The notes beneath the pieces were generated by a model, which was given only the letters and a program-made list of their open reading frames with translations, was not told the DNA's origin and made no database searches. Made by a program: the position numbers and the translations under genes. This document shows positions 1 to 14,977 of a stretch of DNA of 64,000 nucleotides, piece by piece. Positions within the stretch are counted from its first letter, which is position 1. The number at the start of each line of letters is the position of its first letter. Source of the stretch: the human T2T-CHM13v2.0 reference genome, Homo sapiens; assembly GCF_009914755.1 (NCBI RefSeq), contig NC_060930.1; one strand, 5' to 3'.

Positions 1-599
1 ATGATGATTATTTCCGGGCTCGGAAACTCAGGTGTAAGAGAATTTGAAATGAATTAGATCTGTATAAACCATCATGTATCCCCTTAGACCATTAGGCCTC
101 ATAGATTATTAATTAGACCATTATCCCCATAGACCATTCTGTCAGATCTATGTGGCAGGCAGAGGAGGAGCCCAGGTGATAAAGCAGCCAGGCATGGAGA
201 CCAGTGCCTTCCTCATGGGTACACGGAGGATTTGGCTACCTAATGAGGAGTTGCTTTCTTTCTTACCACCACTGCATGGAAAAGGACTAGTGACAATTTA
301 CTTAATTTTGAAGTGGCTTGAGCAATGGTGGCTACTATAGTAGGGAGAGTGATAGACCTGACCTGTCAGAATGCAAAGCACATTTAGGCGCTTATACAAC
401 CTGAATGAGAACATGTCTAATGACTCACGGTGCCCTGGCTCCAATTCCAAGCGGCAATGCCCCTATTTTAGGAAGATTTCCCTTGCTGGAGTAGAGCCCT
501 CTTCTGGTTCTTATCCGATTACCCTGGATTGAGAATTAACAAGGCATTATTTCCTAATTTGTTAGGGCTTAAACTCTTAGAGTGACCTTTTACTCTGTT

Positions 600-1020
600 T
601 CAATTAGGATTGTAGAAGAAATCCAACCACACTGGTTTAACTAAATATTTTATTTTCCTGTCATGTAAAATGAAGTTCAGAGATAGCTGTACAATGTTAT
701 GAAGATGCTGTCTGTTTCTACCTTTCCCTGTAGGTGGCATTCATCCCCTTGTTTACAAGATGATTGCTACAACTCTAGACATCATGTCTATGTCCGTTTC
801 CGATGTTAAAGGAAGTGGGTGGGGGGAAAAGACAAAAGGGAGATGCTAGCAGAGACTGTCGTCTTTTAATCAGGAAAATAACCATTTCCCATTAGATTTC
901 TGCTTACATCTCATTGGATAAACTGGACCACATGGCACTCCTACAGGCAAGGGAATATGAAAAGTATTTTTGACTGAAATCACTGTGACCCTCAACAGAA
1001 TCGGAATGTTCAGTTAGCAT
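600..1020 (-). mobile_element. Old MaLR LTR fragment (MLT1J/K-like)
   Basis: Motifs such as atctcattggataaactggaccacatggcactcctacaggcaaggg resemble reverse MLT1 consensus. Highly diverged. Confidence 0.4.
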
Positions 1021-1038
1021 GGAAAAAGAAAGAGAATC

Positions 1039-1100
1039 AATATTAGTTAAGCATTTTAATATTAGTTAAGCAATATTCGTTAAGTTAATGTTAGTTAAGC
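1039..1100 (+). repeat. Short imperfect tandem repeat, unit ~AATATTAGTTAAGC x4
   Basis: Four visible near-copies. Confidence 0.7.
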
Positions 1101-1364
1101 AGATCGTGCCATAAACTATTACCGCTTTCTTGCCTTCACACCTGCTTGCTTTTTCTTCCTCTCAGCCACCTTCCTCCAGTTTCCATCCCACTGCGCCATC
1201 CCTATTCACATCCTTGCCATGTCCTGCATATATAGAACAGAAGGCACTCGCCACATAGTGATCCCTGCTCTGCTTTCACACTGCCATCCCCAGATTTCTC
1301 TTCCTAAAGGAACACTCTGCATCCTTCCCTCACTCAGAAGCTTTCATTTATGAAACTTAGCTCT

Positions 1365-2050
<686 letters not shown>

Positions 2051-2207
2051 TATGCTCCCTTCTTGAGGGTGAAGTACCCACATAAATTATTTGGAATTCT
2101 TCTGCATAGGATGTTTGTTTTACTCCCCCATTTATTTATTTATTCAATCATTTATTTTATCAATATGAAATCATGGCTATTTTATTTTATACTTTGGGTT
2201 TTAATTC

Positions 2208-2430
2208 TGTAATGCACTGAATGTTTTTGTCTCCCCAGAATTCTTTTGTTGAAGTCCTAACCCCAATGTGGTGGTGTTTGGAGGTGGGGCCTTTGGGAGT
2301 AATTGGGTTTGGATGAGGTTATGAGGTGGGGTTCCAGGATGGGGTTAGCGTCCTTATAAGAAGAGGAAGAGACAGCAGAGCTCCCTCTGTCTCCACCAAC
2401 TGAGGACACAGTGAGAAGCCAGAGCAATCT
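2208..2430 (+). mobile_element. MaLR LTR fragment (MLT1A-like)
   Basis: tgtaatgcactgaatgtttttgtctcccc...gttgaagtcctaaccccaatgtg...gaggacacagtgagaag motif series. Confidence 0.7.
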
Positions 2431-4227
2431 GGTAAAACGGCTCTTCCCACAGGGATTATTCAAGCCTCCTTTCCTTGTTTATCTATAAGCTCTTGCTCTG
2501 GCAGGGAGAAACATGGTTCCCATGTACTGCCATCTCATGACATAATTATTCAATTCCATTATCAGAACTGTTAACCTGTACTCCCACAGGTAGTAACTTT
2601 ATCAAGTGAGAATAATGTTTCTTCTTACATTTTGAAAGTTACTTACACCAGTACCTTTTACACTACTGTCTTCAGTGAAGTTGTTTCACACATGGGTAAT
2701 ATGCTTAGATTTTCTTATCACAATCTTTATTCTTTCCTGTGACCTTCTGTCAACCTTCTAAATATATTTTTAATTAGCATGTATTAAGATTCACTCTGTA
2801 TTGTATAGCTCTATGGGTTATGGCAAATGTATTATGCCATGTCTTCACCATTGCAGAACATTCAGAATAGTTTCACTACATTAAAAATGTTCCTATGTTT
2901 CATCTATTCAATCCCCCTTCCCACTGGCAATCACTGGTCTTGTACTCTCTCTATAGCTTTGCCTTTTACAGAATGTCATAATTATAATCATATAATATGT
3001 AGCCGTTTTAGACCTGCTTTTTTCCTTAGCAATATGTGTTTAAAGTTCATCCATGTGTTTGTGGCTTGATAGCTCACTCCATTTTATTGCTGAATAGTAT
3101 TTCATTGCACGAATGTACTGATGTTTGATTATCCATTCACCTATTAAAGGATATTTTGATGGTTTCTAGTTTTTGGTGATTATGTGTAAAGCTGTGTATT
3201 TGCATGCAGATTTTTATGTGGTTATGTTTTCAACTGAATTGGTTAAATACCTAGAAAAGCAATTGCTGGATTGTATGTTTGGCTTTGTAGGAAACTGTCA
3301 AAACTGTCTTCTAAAGTGGTTGCACCATTTTGTATTTCCACTAGCAATGAAGGAGAATTCCTGTTGCTCAGCATTCTTGACTGCATTTTCAGTTTGTTTG
3401 TTTGTTTTTTTCTCATTTTAGCCTTCCTAATAGCTGTGTAGTGTATCCCATTGTTTTAATACACAATTCCGTAATAGTAAGTTGTTTGTCATACTTTTTT
3501 TTTTGTCATCAGTAGATCTTTTTTAGTGAGATGTCTGTTCAAATCAAATATTTTGCCCATTTTCATTTGGGTTGATTTTGTTCTTGTTATTTGAGTTTTA
3601 AGAAGTTTTTTTGCATGCTTTGGATACAAGTCCAATATGATTAGATATGTATTTTGCAAATATGTGTATATAAATCTAATATTCGATATGTGTATTTGTA
3701 AATATTTTCTTCCAGACTGTGGCTTGTCTTTTCATTCTCTTAGCAGTATTTTTTCACAAAGAAGTTTTTTATTCAAAAATGCATAACATCATTCTTTCTT
3801 TAATCATCATGCTTTTGATGTTATCCAAAAACTCATCATTAAGCCCAAAGTCACTAAGATTTTTCGAATGTGTTATTCTGTAAGTTGCATAGTTTTGCAT
3901 TGTACATGTAGATCTATGATTTACCTTTAGATAATATCTGTAAAAAGTGTAAAATTGATGTCTAGATTCATCATTTTTGCATATGAATGCCCAATTGTTC
4001 TGCACTATCTGTTTAAAGAACTACTTTGTCTCCATTGAATTGTCTTTGCTCCTTTGTCAAAGATTAGTTGACTGTAATTGTGTGGATCTGTTTCTGGGCT
4101 CTGTATTCTGTTCCTTTGAACTATGTTTCTATAATTTCGCTAATAACACACTGTCTTGATTGCTGGAACTTTGTTGTAAGTCTTGAAGTCTGGCTGTGGG
4201 GTCCTACAACTGTGTTCTTCTTGGTTT

Positions 4228-4972
4228 TTACTATTATTATTCTTATTTTTAATTATACTTTAAATTCTAGGGTACATGTGCACAACGTGCATGTTCAGAG
4301 TGAACAGGCAACATACAGAATGGGAGAAAATTTTTGCAATCTATCCATCTGACAAAGGGCTAATATCCAGAATCTACAAAGAACTTAAACAAATTTACAA
4401 GAAAAAAAAACCCCATCAAAAAGTGGGCAAAGGATATGAACAGACTCTTCTCAAAAGAAGACATTTATGCAGCCAGCAGACATATGAAAAAATGCTCATC
4501 ATCACTGGTCATCAGAGAAATGCAAATCAAAACCACAGTGAGATACTATCTCACGCCAGTTAGAATGGTGATCATTAAAAAGTCAGGAAACAACAGATGC
4601 TGGAGAGGATGTGGAGAAATAGGAATGCTTTTATACTGTTGGTGGGAGTGTAAATTAGTTCAACCATTGTGGAAGACAGTGTGGTAATTTCTCAAGGATC
4701 CAGAACTAGAAATACCATTTGACCCAGCAATCCCATTACTGGGTATATACCTAAAGGATTATAAATCATGTTACTATAAAGACACATGAACATGTATGTT
4801 TATTGTGACACTATTCACAATAGCAAAGACTTTGTACCAACCCAAATGTCCATCAATAATAGACTGCATAAAGAAAATGTGGCACATATACACCATGGAA
4901 TACAATGCAGCCATAAAAAGGATGAGTTCATGTCTTTTTCAGGGACAAGAATGAAACTGGAAACCATCATTC
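4228..4972. mobile_element. 5'-inverted L1PA: ~60 bp 3' terminus on the minus strand plus an ORF2 C-terminal segment on the plus strand
   Basis: ttattatactttaaattctagggtacatgtgcacaacgtgca (reverse L1 3' end) is joined to forward cagagtgaacaggcaac...gaaaccatcattct. Plus ORF 4436-4687 (FSKEDIYAA...[10 protein letters not shown]...[16 protein letters not shown]) is L1 ORF2. Confidence 0.9.
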
Positions 4973-6797
4973 TTGACTTGTTTTTTTTTTTTTAACTATT
5001 TTTGGCTTTTGCCTTTCCATATGAACTTTAGAATCAGTTTGTAGGTATTTATGTAATAGCTTGTGGAATATTGATTAAAACTGAGGTAAACCTACTGGTA
5101 AATTTAGGAAGAATCAACATCTTAACAGTCCTGAACCTTCCTACCAAAGAATATGAACTATGTCTCTGTTTATTAATATTTAGATCAAATTTGCTTTATC
5201 TCATTGGTGTTTTGTAGTTTTCTGTGTATAGATCCTATACATATTTTATTACATTTATACCTAAGCACTTCTCTTTTTGGGGGTGCTATTTTAATTTTTA
5301 AAATCTCAAATTTCAATCTTTTTTGCTAATGTGGAAGAAAGTAATTCAATTCTGCAAACTTACTATAATCTCTAGTTAATTCTAGGAGTTTTTCTGTCTT
5401 CTTCTTTGAGGTTCTTTACTTATATAATCATCTGTAAACAAGGAAAGTTTTATTTCTTACTCTCAACTGTATTTACATTTTATAACCCATTTCACTGGCT
5501 AGGACTTCCAGTATGATCTGGAATAGAAATAGTAAGAGGGGATATCCGTGCCTTATTCCTGATCATAGGGAGAATGAAAATGCCCTGCTTCCCACAATTA
5601 AGTATCATGTTAGCTGTAGATTTTTTATAGATTTTTTTAATCAAGTTGATGAAGTTTTCCTATGTTCCTAGTTTCCTGAGAGTTTTTAATCGTGACAATT
5701 TTAAAAGCCTGACTTACCAATGCTATTTTCATGAATCATGCTTTGATATTATCAAACATGTAAAATATTTTTTCTACATCTATTGATATGTTTATGTTAT
5801 TTTTCTTCTTTACTCTGTTGATATGGCAGATTCTATTGTCTGATTTTTGAATATCAATTCAGCTTACATACCACTTGGTATAATTATTTTGTATATTATT
5901 GGATTTGATTTACTACGATTTTCCTGAGGATATTTGCATCTGTGTACAAAAGAGAGAGTGGTGTGTAGTTTCGTTTCTTTTTTTTTTTTTAATAATGTCT
6001 TCACCTGGTTTTGGTATTAGGGTAATGATAGCTTAGTTAATTAAGTAAGTTTAGAACTATTCCCTTGGCTTCTATTTTCTAGATACATGATGAAGAATTG
6101 ATATCATATCTTCTTTAAGTGAAGTAGAATTCAACAGTGAAACTATTTAGGTCTAGTGCTTTCTTTTTTAGACTATTAATTACATATTAAATGTATGTAA
6201 TAGATATAGGCCCATTTATATGATCTACTTTTCCTTATGTAAGTTTTGGCAGTTTATGACTTTCAAATAATGGTCCATTTCCTTTAAATCATCAAATATG
6301 TGAGCATAGGGTTGTTTATGTTTATTCATTGTCCTTTTAATGTTCATGGGTTCAGTAGTGATGACTGCTTTTTCATTTCTGATATTAGCAATTTCTCTCT
6401 CTCACTAATTTTTGAATAGCCTGGATAGCAGTTTATCCATTTTATCAATCTTTTCAAAAACACCAGTTTTTGAGCTCATTGATTTTCTCTACTGTTTTCC
6501 ATATCACTGATTTTTGCTTTGTTTTTTATTTCTTTTGTTCTGCTTGCTTTGAGCTTAAATTATGCTTCCTTCTCTGATTTAATAAAATGGAAGCTTAGAT
6601 TATTATTTTAGCTCTTTATTTTTTACTAATATATGCACTTAATGATAAAAATTTTCCTCTAAACACGTCTTTGCTGTATCGCTCAATTTCTAATATGCTG
6701 TATTTTCATTTGGTTTAAAATATTTCTTAATTTATCTTGAGAGTTCCTAGACTCATGTGTTATTTAGAAATGTGTTATTCAATCTCCAAATATCTGA

Positions 6798-7209
<412 letters not shown>

Positions 7210-8027
7210 TTAAGGTGTGTTTTATGCTCCAGAATATGATTCATCTTAGTCTGTCTTCTACATGAGCTTGAGGAGAATTTGTATTCTGCTGTTGTTGGAA
7301 GGAGTCATCTATAAATGCCAATTTGATCAAGTAGATTGATAAGTACTCTTAAGGCCAACTATATCCTTACTGGCATTCTGACTCCTTGATCTATCAATTA
7401 CTGAAGGAAGGGCATTGAAGCCTGCAACTATAGTAGTGCATAGGTCTATTTTTCCTTGAAATTCTATCAGTTTTTTTCTCATGTATTTTGATATTCTGAT
7501 GTTAGGTTCATACAGGCTAAAAAATGTTATGTCTTCTTGGACACTTGATCTCTTTATCATTATGTCACGCTATCTTTTTCCTTGATAATTTTTCTTGTTC
7601 TGAAGTATACTTTGAAATTGATATAGCCACTCCCACTTTCTTTTGATTAGTAATAGCATGGTATATCTTTCTGAGTAAAGAATATCATTGGTAGTTTTTT
7701 ATTTGGTAGATAAAATTGCATGTATTTGTTGCATACAACATGAGATTTTGAAGTATATTTATATTGTGAAATAGTTAAATCTAGCTAATTAACAAATGCA
7801 TTACCTTACACAGTTATCTTTTTTTATTTTTATTTTTATTTTTTTGGTGAGAGCACATAATATCTACTCTCTTTGCATTTTTCAAGAATACGATATATCA
7901 TCATTTCCTAAAGTCACCATGCTATATAATAGAACTCTTGAACTTATTCCTCATACCCAAATATAATTATATACTCTTTGAACAACATCTTCCCATCTTC
8001 CCCGCCTTTCTAACTATCCCAGCCTCT

Positions 8028-8386
8028 AATATCCCCACCCCAATCTCATCTTGAATGAGATCTCAAATTGTAATCTTCATGCGTGGAGGGAGATAAACAG
8101 TAGGAGCTGATTGGATCATGGGAGTGGTTTCCCAATGCTGTTCTTGTGATAAGGAGGGAGTTCTTGTGAGATGTGATAGTTTAAAAAGTGGCAGTTTCCC
8201 TTTCTCTCTCTCTCTCCTGCCACCATATAAGAAGTACCTTGCGTCCCCTTCACCTTCCACCATGATTGTTAATTTCCTGAGGCCTCTCCAGCCATGTGGA
8301 ACTGTGAGTCAATTAAACTTCATTTCTTTATAAATTATTCAGTATCAGATAGTATCTTTATAGCCATGTGAAAATGGACGAATTCA
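8028..8386 (+). mobile_element. THE1/MSTA MaLR solo LTR
   Basis: ccccacccaatctcatcttgaat...gccatgtggaactgtgagtcaattaaac...tttatagc...aaatggac motifs. Confidence 0.85.
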
Positions 8387-9080
8387 CCACCATCCTACTC
8401 TTTACTTTTTTGAGATGAACTATTTTAGACTCCACATGAGTGAGACTATGCATTATTTGTCTTTTTGTGCCTGGCCTATTTCACTTAACATAATATCCTC
8501 TGGGTTTATCCATGTTATCACAAATGACAAGATTTTGTTCTGTTTTATGGCTGAATTATATTCCATTGTGCAAATATACCATGCAATTTTTATCCATCTG
8601 TTCATTCAATGATGGACACTTGAGTTTATCTCCTGTCTTTTGTGAATAGCATTGGAATAATCATGAGAGTGCCATATCTTTTTGACAAACTGATTTCATA
8701 TCCTATGGATATTTACTCAGTAATGGAATTGCTGGATCATGTGGAGTATTATTTTTAATATTTTGAGAAAACTCCATACTTTTTTCTATAATGGTAATAA
8801 TCATATGCATTCCTGCCAACAGTGTGCAATGGTTCCCATTTCTCCATATCCTTGCCAACACTCATTATCTTTTGTATTTTTGATAACAGCCATTATAACA
8901 GAAGTGAGGTGATATTTCATTGTAATTTTGATTTGCATTTCCCTGATGATTACTGATAAACGGGTTTTCATATACCTGTTGGCCATTTGTATATCTTCTT
9001 TTGAAAAATGTTTATTCAGGTTTTTACTCATTTCTACATTGGATTATTTATTTTCTTGCTATTGAGTTGAGTTCCTTATA

Positions 9081-9368
9081 CAGCAATACATAGCTAAAAT
9101 ATGATTATGTGTTTTGAGGAATACGTTATGTGATTTTGTTATGTGAACATCATAGAGTGTACTTACACAAATATAGATGGTATAGCCTATTGCTCCTAGG
9201 TCACAAACCTGTACGGCGTGTTATTGTACTGAATACTATGGGCAATTGTAGTACAATGGTAAGTATTTGTGTATCTAAACTAAAAAAGAACAGTAAAAAT
9301 ATGGTATTATAATCTTATGGGACAATGGTTTGTTGCTGACAGAAACATTGTTATGTAGTACATGACTG
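9081..9368. mobile_element. Tigger3/GOLEM-type MITE (TcMar-Tigger)
   Basis: gtgaacatcatagagtgtacttacacaaa...caaacctgtac...tactgaatact core and catgactg terminus, preceded by TA. Confidence 0.75.
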
Positions 9369-10744
9369 ATATTTTATATATTAATTCCTCATCAGATGTA
9401 TAGTTTGCAAATATTTTCTTCTATTCTATAGGTTGTCTCTTCACTCTGTTGATTGTTTCCTTTGTTGTGCAGAAGCTTTTTAGTTTGATGTAGTCCCATT
9501 TGTCTATTTTTACTTTTGTTGTCTCTGCTTGTGAGGTCATATCTAAAAAACCACTGTCCAGACTAATGTCATATAACTTCTCACCTACAATTTCTTCCAG
9601 TAGTTTCATAGTTTTGGGTTTTACATTTAAATTTTTAATCCACTTGAGTCAATTTTGATATGTGGTAAGATATAAGGATCTGATTTCGTTTTTTTTTTTT
9701 TTTTTTTTTGCAAAAGGATACCCAGTTTTCTCAAAACCATTTATTGAAGAGATTTTCCTTTGATTGTTATGTATTTTTAGCATCTTTGTCAAAAATCAGT
9801 TGGTTGATAATGCCTGGATTTATTTCTGGGCCTCTTTATTCTGTTCCATTGGGTGATATGTCTGTTTTAATTCTAGTACAATGATATTTTGTTTAATATA
9901 ATTTTGTAGTATATTTTAAAATCAGGTAGTGTCATGCTTCCAACTGTGCTTTTTTTGTGCAAGATTACTTTGGCTATTCATAGTCTGTTGTGGAGCCATA
10001 CAAATGTTAGAATTATTTTTTCCATTTCTGTGAAGAATGTCATTGGTATTTTGATAGGAATTGCACTGAATCTGTATGTTGTTTTGGATAATATGAGCAT
10101 TTTTACAATATTTATTCTTTCAATCCATAAATATGGGAAAGCTTTTCATTTGTGTTTACTTCTTTTTCTGATAAATGTTTTATAGTTTTCAGAGCAGAGA
10201 TTTTTCACCTCCTTGGTTAAATGTATTCCGTGTATTCCTATTTTTTGTATCTTATTGCAAATGGGTCAATTTATTTTTTTTACTCCGCATGACTGTGTAT
10301 TTAAAGTGAGATTTTATAGACAGCATATAGTTGGGTGTTTTTGAAAAAATCTACTCTGACAATCTCTGTCCTTTAATTGGTGTTTTTAGACCATTCATAC
10401 TTAAAATGATTATTGATACAGTTAGATTCATATCTACCATGCTTGTAACTGTTCACTATTTCTTTCTCTTGTTTTTGTTGCTTCCTTCTACTCTCTGTCT
10501 GACTTCTCTGGTTGCATAATAATTAAGCATTTTATATGATTCCATTTTGGTTCTTTCTTAGAATATTAATTAGAGTTTTTTTTCCTTTTTTTCAGTTTTA
10601 AGTTGTTGCCCCAGAGCTCACAGTATACATTCACCATTAATCCAAGCACGTTTAAATAACATTCTACCACTTCATGTGCATTGCAGGTACCTCTTAATAG
10701 AGTATTCCCAATTTCTTTTTCCCATTTTTATCATTTATTGCACT

Positions 10745-10833
10745 TATCTATAAGCTGTAATATCTATAAGCTATAATATTTATAATATCTATAAGCTATA
10801 ATATCTATAAGCTATAATATCTATAAGCTATAA
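10745..10833 (+). repeat. 16-bp minisatellite TATCTATAAGCTATAA, ~5.5 copies
   Basis: Directly visible, with one partial unit. Confidence 0.9.
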
Positions 10834-13808
10834 TAACACAAACCATGGCTATTATTTTTTTTAAACTGTTATCATTTAGGTCAACTAAAAATAATAAAAA
10901 TAAAATATTTTATTTTACCTTTGTTTATTCCTTGTCCTATCTTCTTTTTAGATGCAGATCCAAGTTTCTGACTTAGATGAATTTCCTTCTTCTTGAAGAA
11001 TATTTTTTTAACATATCTTACAGAACATGCCTATGGAAATGAATTCCCTCAATGTTTGTTTGAGAGAGTCTTAATTTCTCCTTCACTTTTGAAGGATAGT
11101 TTTACTAGATATAGAATCCTATGTTGGTAGCATTTTTTCTTTTAACACTTTAAGAATTTCATTACACTCTCTTCTTGCTTACATGTTTTCTGAGGAGAAG
11201 TTCGCTGTAATTCTCATCCTTATGTGTTTTTGGTTGTCTATAGTTTGAATATGATAAACCAAAGAATAGGTTTTTTAATCATTATTTACTCTTCTTGGCG
11301 TTCTCTGAGCCTCCTGGATCTGTGGTTTGATGTTTGTCATCAATTTTTGTAAAGTTCTCAGCCGTTTTTCCTTAAAAATGTCTTCTGCTCTGCTCTTTCT
11401 TCTGCTTCTAATATTTATGCACATATTACAGGTTTTGAAATTGTTCCACAGTGCTTAGATATTCTGATTATCATTACTGTTAGTGTCTTTGATATCTATC
11501 ATTTTTTATTAGAGGTTTCATCTCTGTGCTTATGCTACCCACTTGTTCTTGCATGTTGTCTACTTTTTCCATTAGATCCCTTAACATATAAATCATAGGT
11601 ATTTTCAGTTTCCTACTGATAATTCCAAAGTCTGTGTTTATATCTAGGTCTGGTTCTACTGCTGGCTTTGTCTCTTCTGAATATGCTCTTTCTTGCCTTT
11701 TGGCACACTTTGTAACTTCTTATTAAAAGAATAGCTTCTTATTCTCTTCAATACGAATTGAAGAGAAAGGCCTGTAGTGTGAGGTTTTGGTTGATATGGC
11801 TAGGAGTTGGCTGTGTTTACTGTTTGCTGTGGCTGTAGTTGCCAGAGGCTTTAAGTTCCTCTAGGATTTTCATTTTTATTTTCCTGTGGGTTTCCCTCGA
11901 ACACCTCCTTAAATAGTTTTTGCGCTTTGCAGCATTTGCAGCTATAATTCAGTCTTATTTGTTGGAACTCTGTTGCTTTGGTGATAAATTATGGAGGAAG
12001 GAGAGTACTTCATGATCTTTTGATTAAATCTCAGTTTTTCATTAGGGCTTATCCCTAGAATGTGACCTTCACAGTGTTTCCTAACTTTTCTCCTCCCCGT
12101 AGGAAAGAGATTGCAAGACTAAAGTTTTCTAAAATTGAATAAATACCCTTCTCCTTAGGTGTAATAAGGCTATGGTAAAGTCTTTTCCCTAGAGAGTAGC
12201 TCTTTTCAATGAAGAAAATTCTGAGTATATTGCAAAAAAATTAATTTCCATCTCATTAGAGCCACAAGAGTGTTTTTGTTTTGTTTTGTTTTTTGGCTCT
12301 GAGAACCTGGTGGGGTTCCTCAAGGTAAAATAGATGAAATGTGGGGCTCCTCCTAAGACAGCAGCCTCCAGGAGTTCCCCATTCTCACACTAGTCCACAC
12401 TCAGCCCCCAGCAATTAGTCAAAATTACCATTAAAGTTTTCCTACCAGTTACTGGCCCCAGTGGTTCTGCTCCCAATAGGCTCATCTCAGCTGTGATTTT
12501 CTGTGTTCACTTGTGTTTTGAGATTTCAGGGTAGTAGTTTGCCCTGCAAACTCAGTTCTCTAATGGATCTAAGAAAAGTCATTAATTTTCTGTTTGTTCT
12601 CTTTGGTTCTTATTGTGAGGATGGCAGTGACAGCTTCCAAGCTCTTTTCATGTCAAACTGAATCTAGAAACCCCCATATAGTTTTTCATCTTTCCATTGA
12701 TTGCCACCATGCATTATCTGCCCAGTGACATCATAGGCTCTCAATATATATTGATCAAATCTAGCCAGGCAGTATTGATTACTGTAGCATGTAAAGTGTA
12801 AGCAGCACCATGATGTAATACCTCAGTTTCTCCTCCTGAACAAGTGGGGTCAGGACAGGGCATTGTTTTTATTTTCATTGGATCAGGTCAACTTGGCCTT
12901 TGTCAAAATTATCACACTTATTAACATTTGATATTCAACATATGATTCTGCTTGATTGAGTTCTATGTGAGAATGATCAAGGAGAAAAGGGAAAAATGAT
13001 CTCTACTTGGTATTAAAATATGAATTTCCTTAAAGTTCCTAGAAAATGTCTGGATGACAACAGGGAAGATTTACTTCCTTGTCTGGGAAAAACAAGACTA
13101 TTCTATTATTACAAATATAAGAAAGAAAAAAAGAACTGTAAGGCAGTTCCTTTCTGGGAAGCATTGATATTTGAGTAAATCATACTATACTTTTCACTTG
13201 CTGAGTCCAAAAACATTATCAGAAAAATGATATTTAGGCTTTTGTAGTTTGGGCATGTAGTTAGAGAATTTTCTTGATACAAGTAAATATTCCACAAAAT
13301 ATATTTTTATGAATTAAGTATGATACAGGTTGAGGGGATACATTTATCCTAAAAATATCAATGATAGATTCTAATATTCCAGTAGTTAAGTCTTAGAAAA
13401 TAGTAGTATTACTTGTAATTAAAGTTAATAAGTAGAATAATACTCAAATTTGAGGCATAGATCGAGAATTAAAGGAAGAGGGAGGAAGGGAATAAAACAG
13501 GGAGAGAGAGAGAGATCACATATGGAAGTAAAAAGAAGAGAAGCTCTAATAGTTTGGATGGGTTTTGGGAAATTGTGGATCATAAAGTAAAGTTTCAAAA
13601 ATATAAGTTTTCAAAAATAGGAGCTTTAGTCTGGAACATATGAGTATGCTAAGGTCACCTGGACCTGGACACAGGATTCACTTGGAGACTGGAGGCCAGT
13701 ACTAGATTATTTCTCATGACTCAGGGAGTAAGTAGAAGTCAAAGGCTTAGAAGGGGCTCTAAGCTAAGCCTGACAAATGGGACTGCTGAGGCAAGTATAG
13801 GAGGCCAG

Positions 13809-14085
13809 GGCTGGGGATGGTGGCTCATGCCTGTAATCCCAGCACTTTGGGAAGCCAAAGCAGAAGGATCACTTGAGGCCAGGAATTCAAGACCAACCTG
13901 AGCAATATAGTGAGACCTCATATCTATAAAAACATAAAGAATTAGCCCCCCACACATGCCTATAGTTCCAGCTACTCAGAAGGCTGAGGCAGGAGGATGC
14001 CTTGAGCCCAGGAGTTCAAGGCTGCAGTGAGACACACCCATGCCACTGCACTCCAGACTGGGCAATACAGCAAGACCCCGTCCCA
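13809..14085 (+). mobile_element. AluJ (old; tail eroded)
   Basis: gcctgtaatcccagcactttggg...tgagcccaggagttcaaggctgcagtgag J-type diagnostics. Confidence 0.88.
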
Positions 14086-14751
14086 AGAAGGGGCAGGGGG
14101 AAGTACAGGAAGCCCTGGAACAGAAGAAGCCATAACTAAACTCAAGTTTGCCTTTGAAATATTGTTTTCCTTCATTTTCCTGAGTGTAGCCAGCCAGCTT
14201 GGGAAAGCTAGCCAACCTCATCTGCCATTGCAAAAACTCAAGAGATTGGTGCCAGGCCTCACAAACAAAAAAAGGGAAATGAATGGCTATGAAAATAAAG
14301 TAAGGGTCATAGTAAAATCTGATGAGTCTCAATCATAGGAATTGTGAATCAAAGAGAAGTATAGTAATCTCTGACTTCAGAAATTGTCAATTCAGCCAAA
14401 GAGAGCAGCAACTATGAATGAAAAACTGATACATTATCCAAATATAGTCCATTCTTTGATAAATGTATGAGCCCATGTTGCTGCTTGTTGTCTCAATCTA
14501 CTTCACTAAACATATGACACGATTTATAAATATATATATTGGTCCACACACTTCTGCTGCTCAAACTACTGGTTGTCAGGGATAGAGCAATCTGTTCAAT
14601 GCAATCGGAAAATGTCAGCCCTGCCTTTAACTCTTCTGTGACTTCCCTCCCCCTTCTTATTAGGGCCAGAATTCGTTGTTACCTACAAGCTTTTACATGA
14701 CCTGGCATTAACTACCCTATAGTCTGATCACACACTCATGATTCTTTATGG

Positions 14752-14977
14752 AAGCAATATTCCATAGAACTCTCTGCAATGATGGTAATGTTCAATACCT
14801 TTAATATCCAATACAGTAACCAATTGTCACATGTGACTATGTTAGTTAAAATTTAAAATTTAGTTTCTCAGTTGCGATAACCAGATTTCAAGCACTCAAT
14901 AACCATATGTACTAGTGGCTATTGTGTTAGACATTGCATAGAGCTTGCATCAATGCAGAATGTTCTATTTGACAGTG
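14752..14977. mobile_element. MER3/MER33 (hAT-Charlie) DNA transposon
   Basis: Termini tccatagaactctctgcaatgatgg ... gcagaatgttctatttgacagtg form imperfect inverted repeats. Confidence 0.75.

Larger units (their letters stand above)
7695..10265 (-). mobile_element. L1MA-type element (L1MA7/8-like) nested in the older L1
   Basis: Reverse L1MA 3' end (...ctagctaattaacaaatgcattacc...). Minus ORFs 8801-9031 and 9421-9609 ([15 protein letters not shown]) are L1 ORF2. Confidence 0.8.

Noticed and set aside
4276-4995. ORFs with L1 ORF2 C-terminal similarity (also 30114-30455 and 48134-48869)
   Set aside because: Truncated, frameshifted L1 fragments, not genes or active elements.
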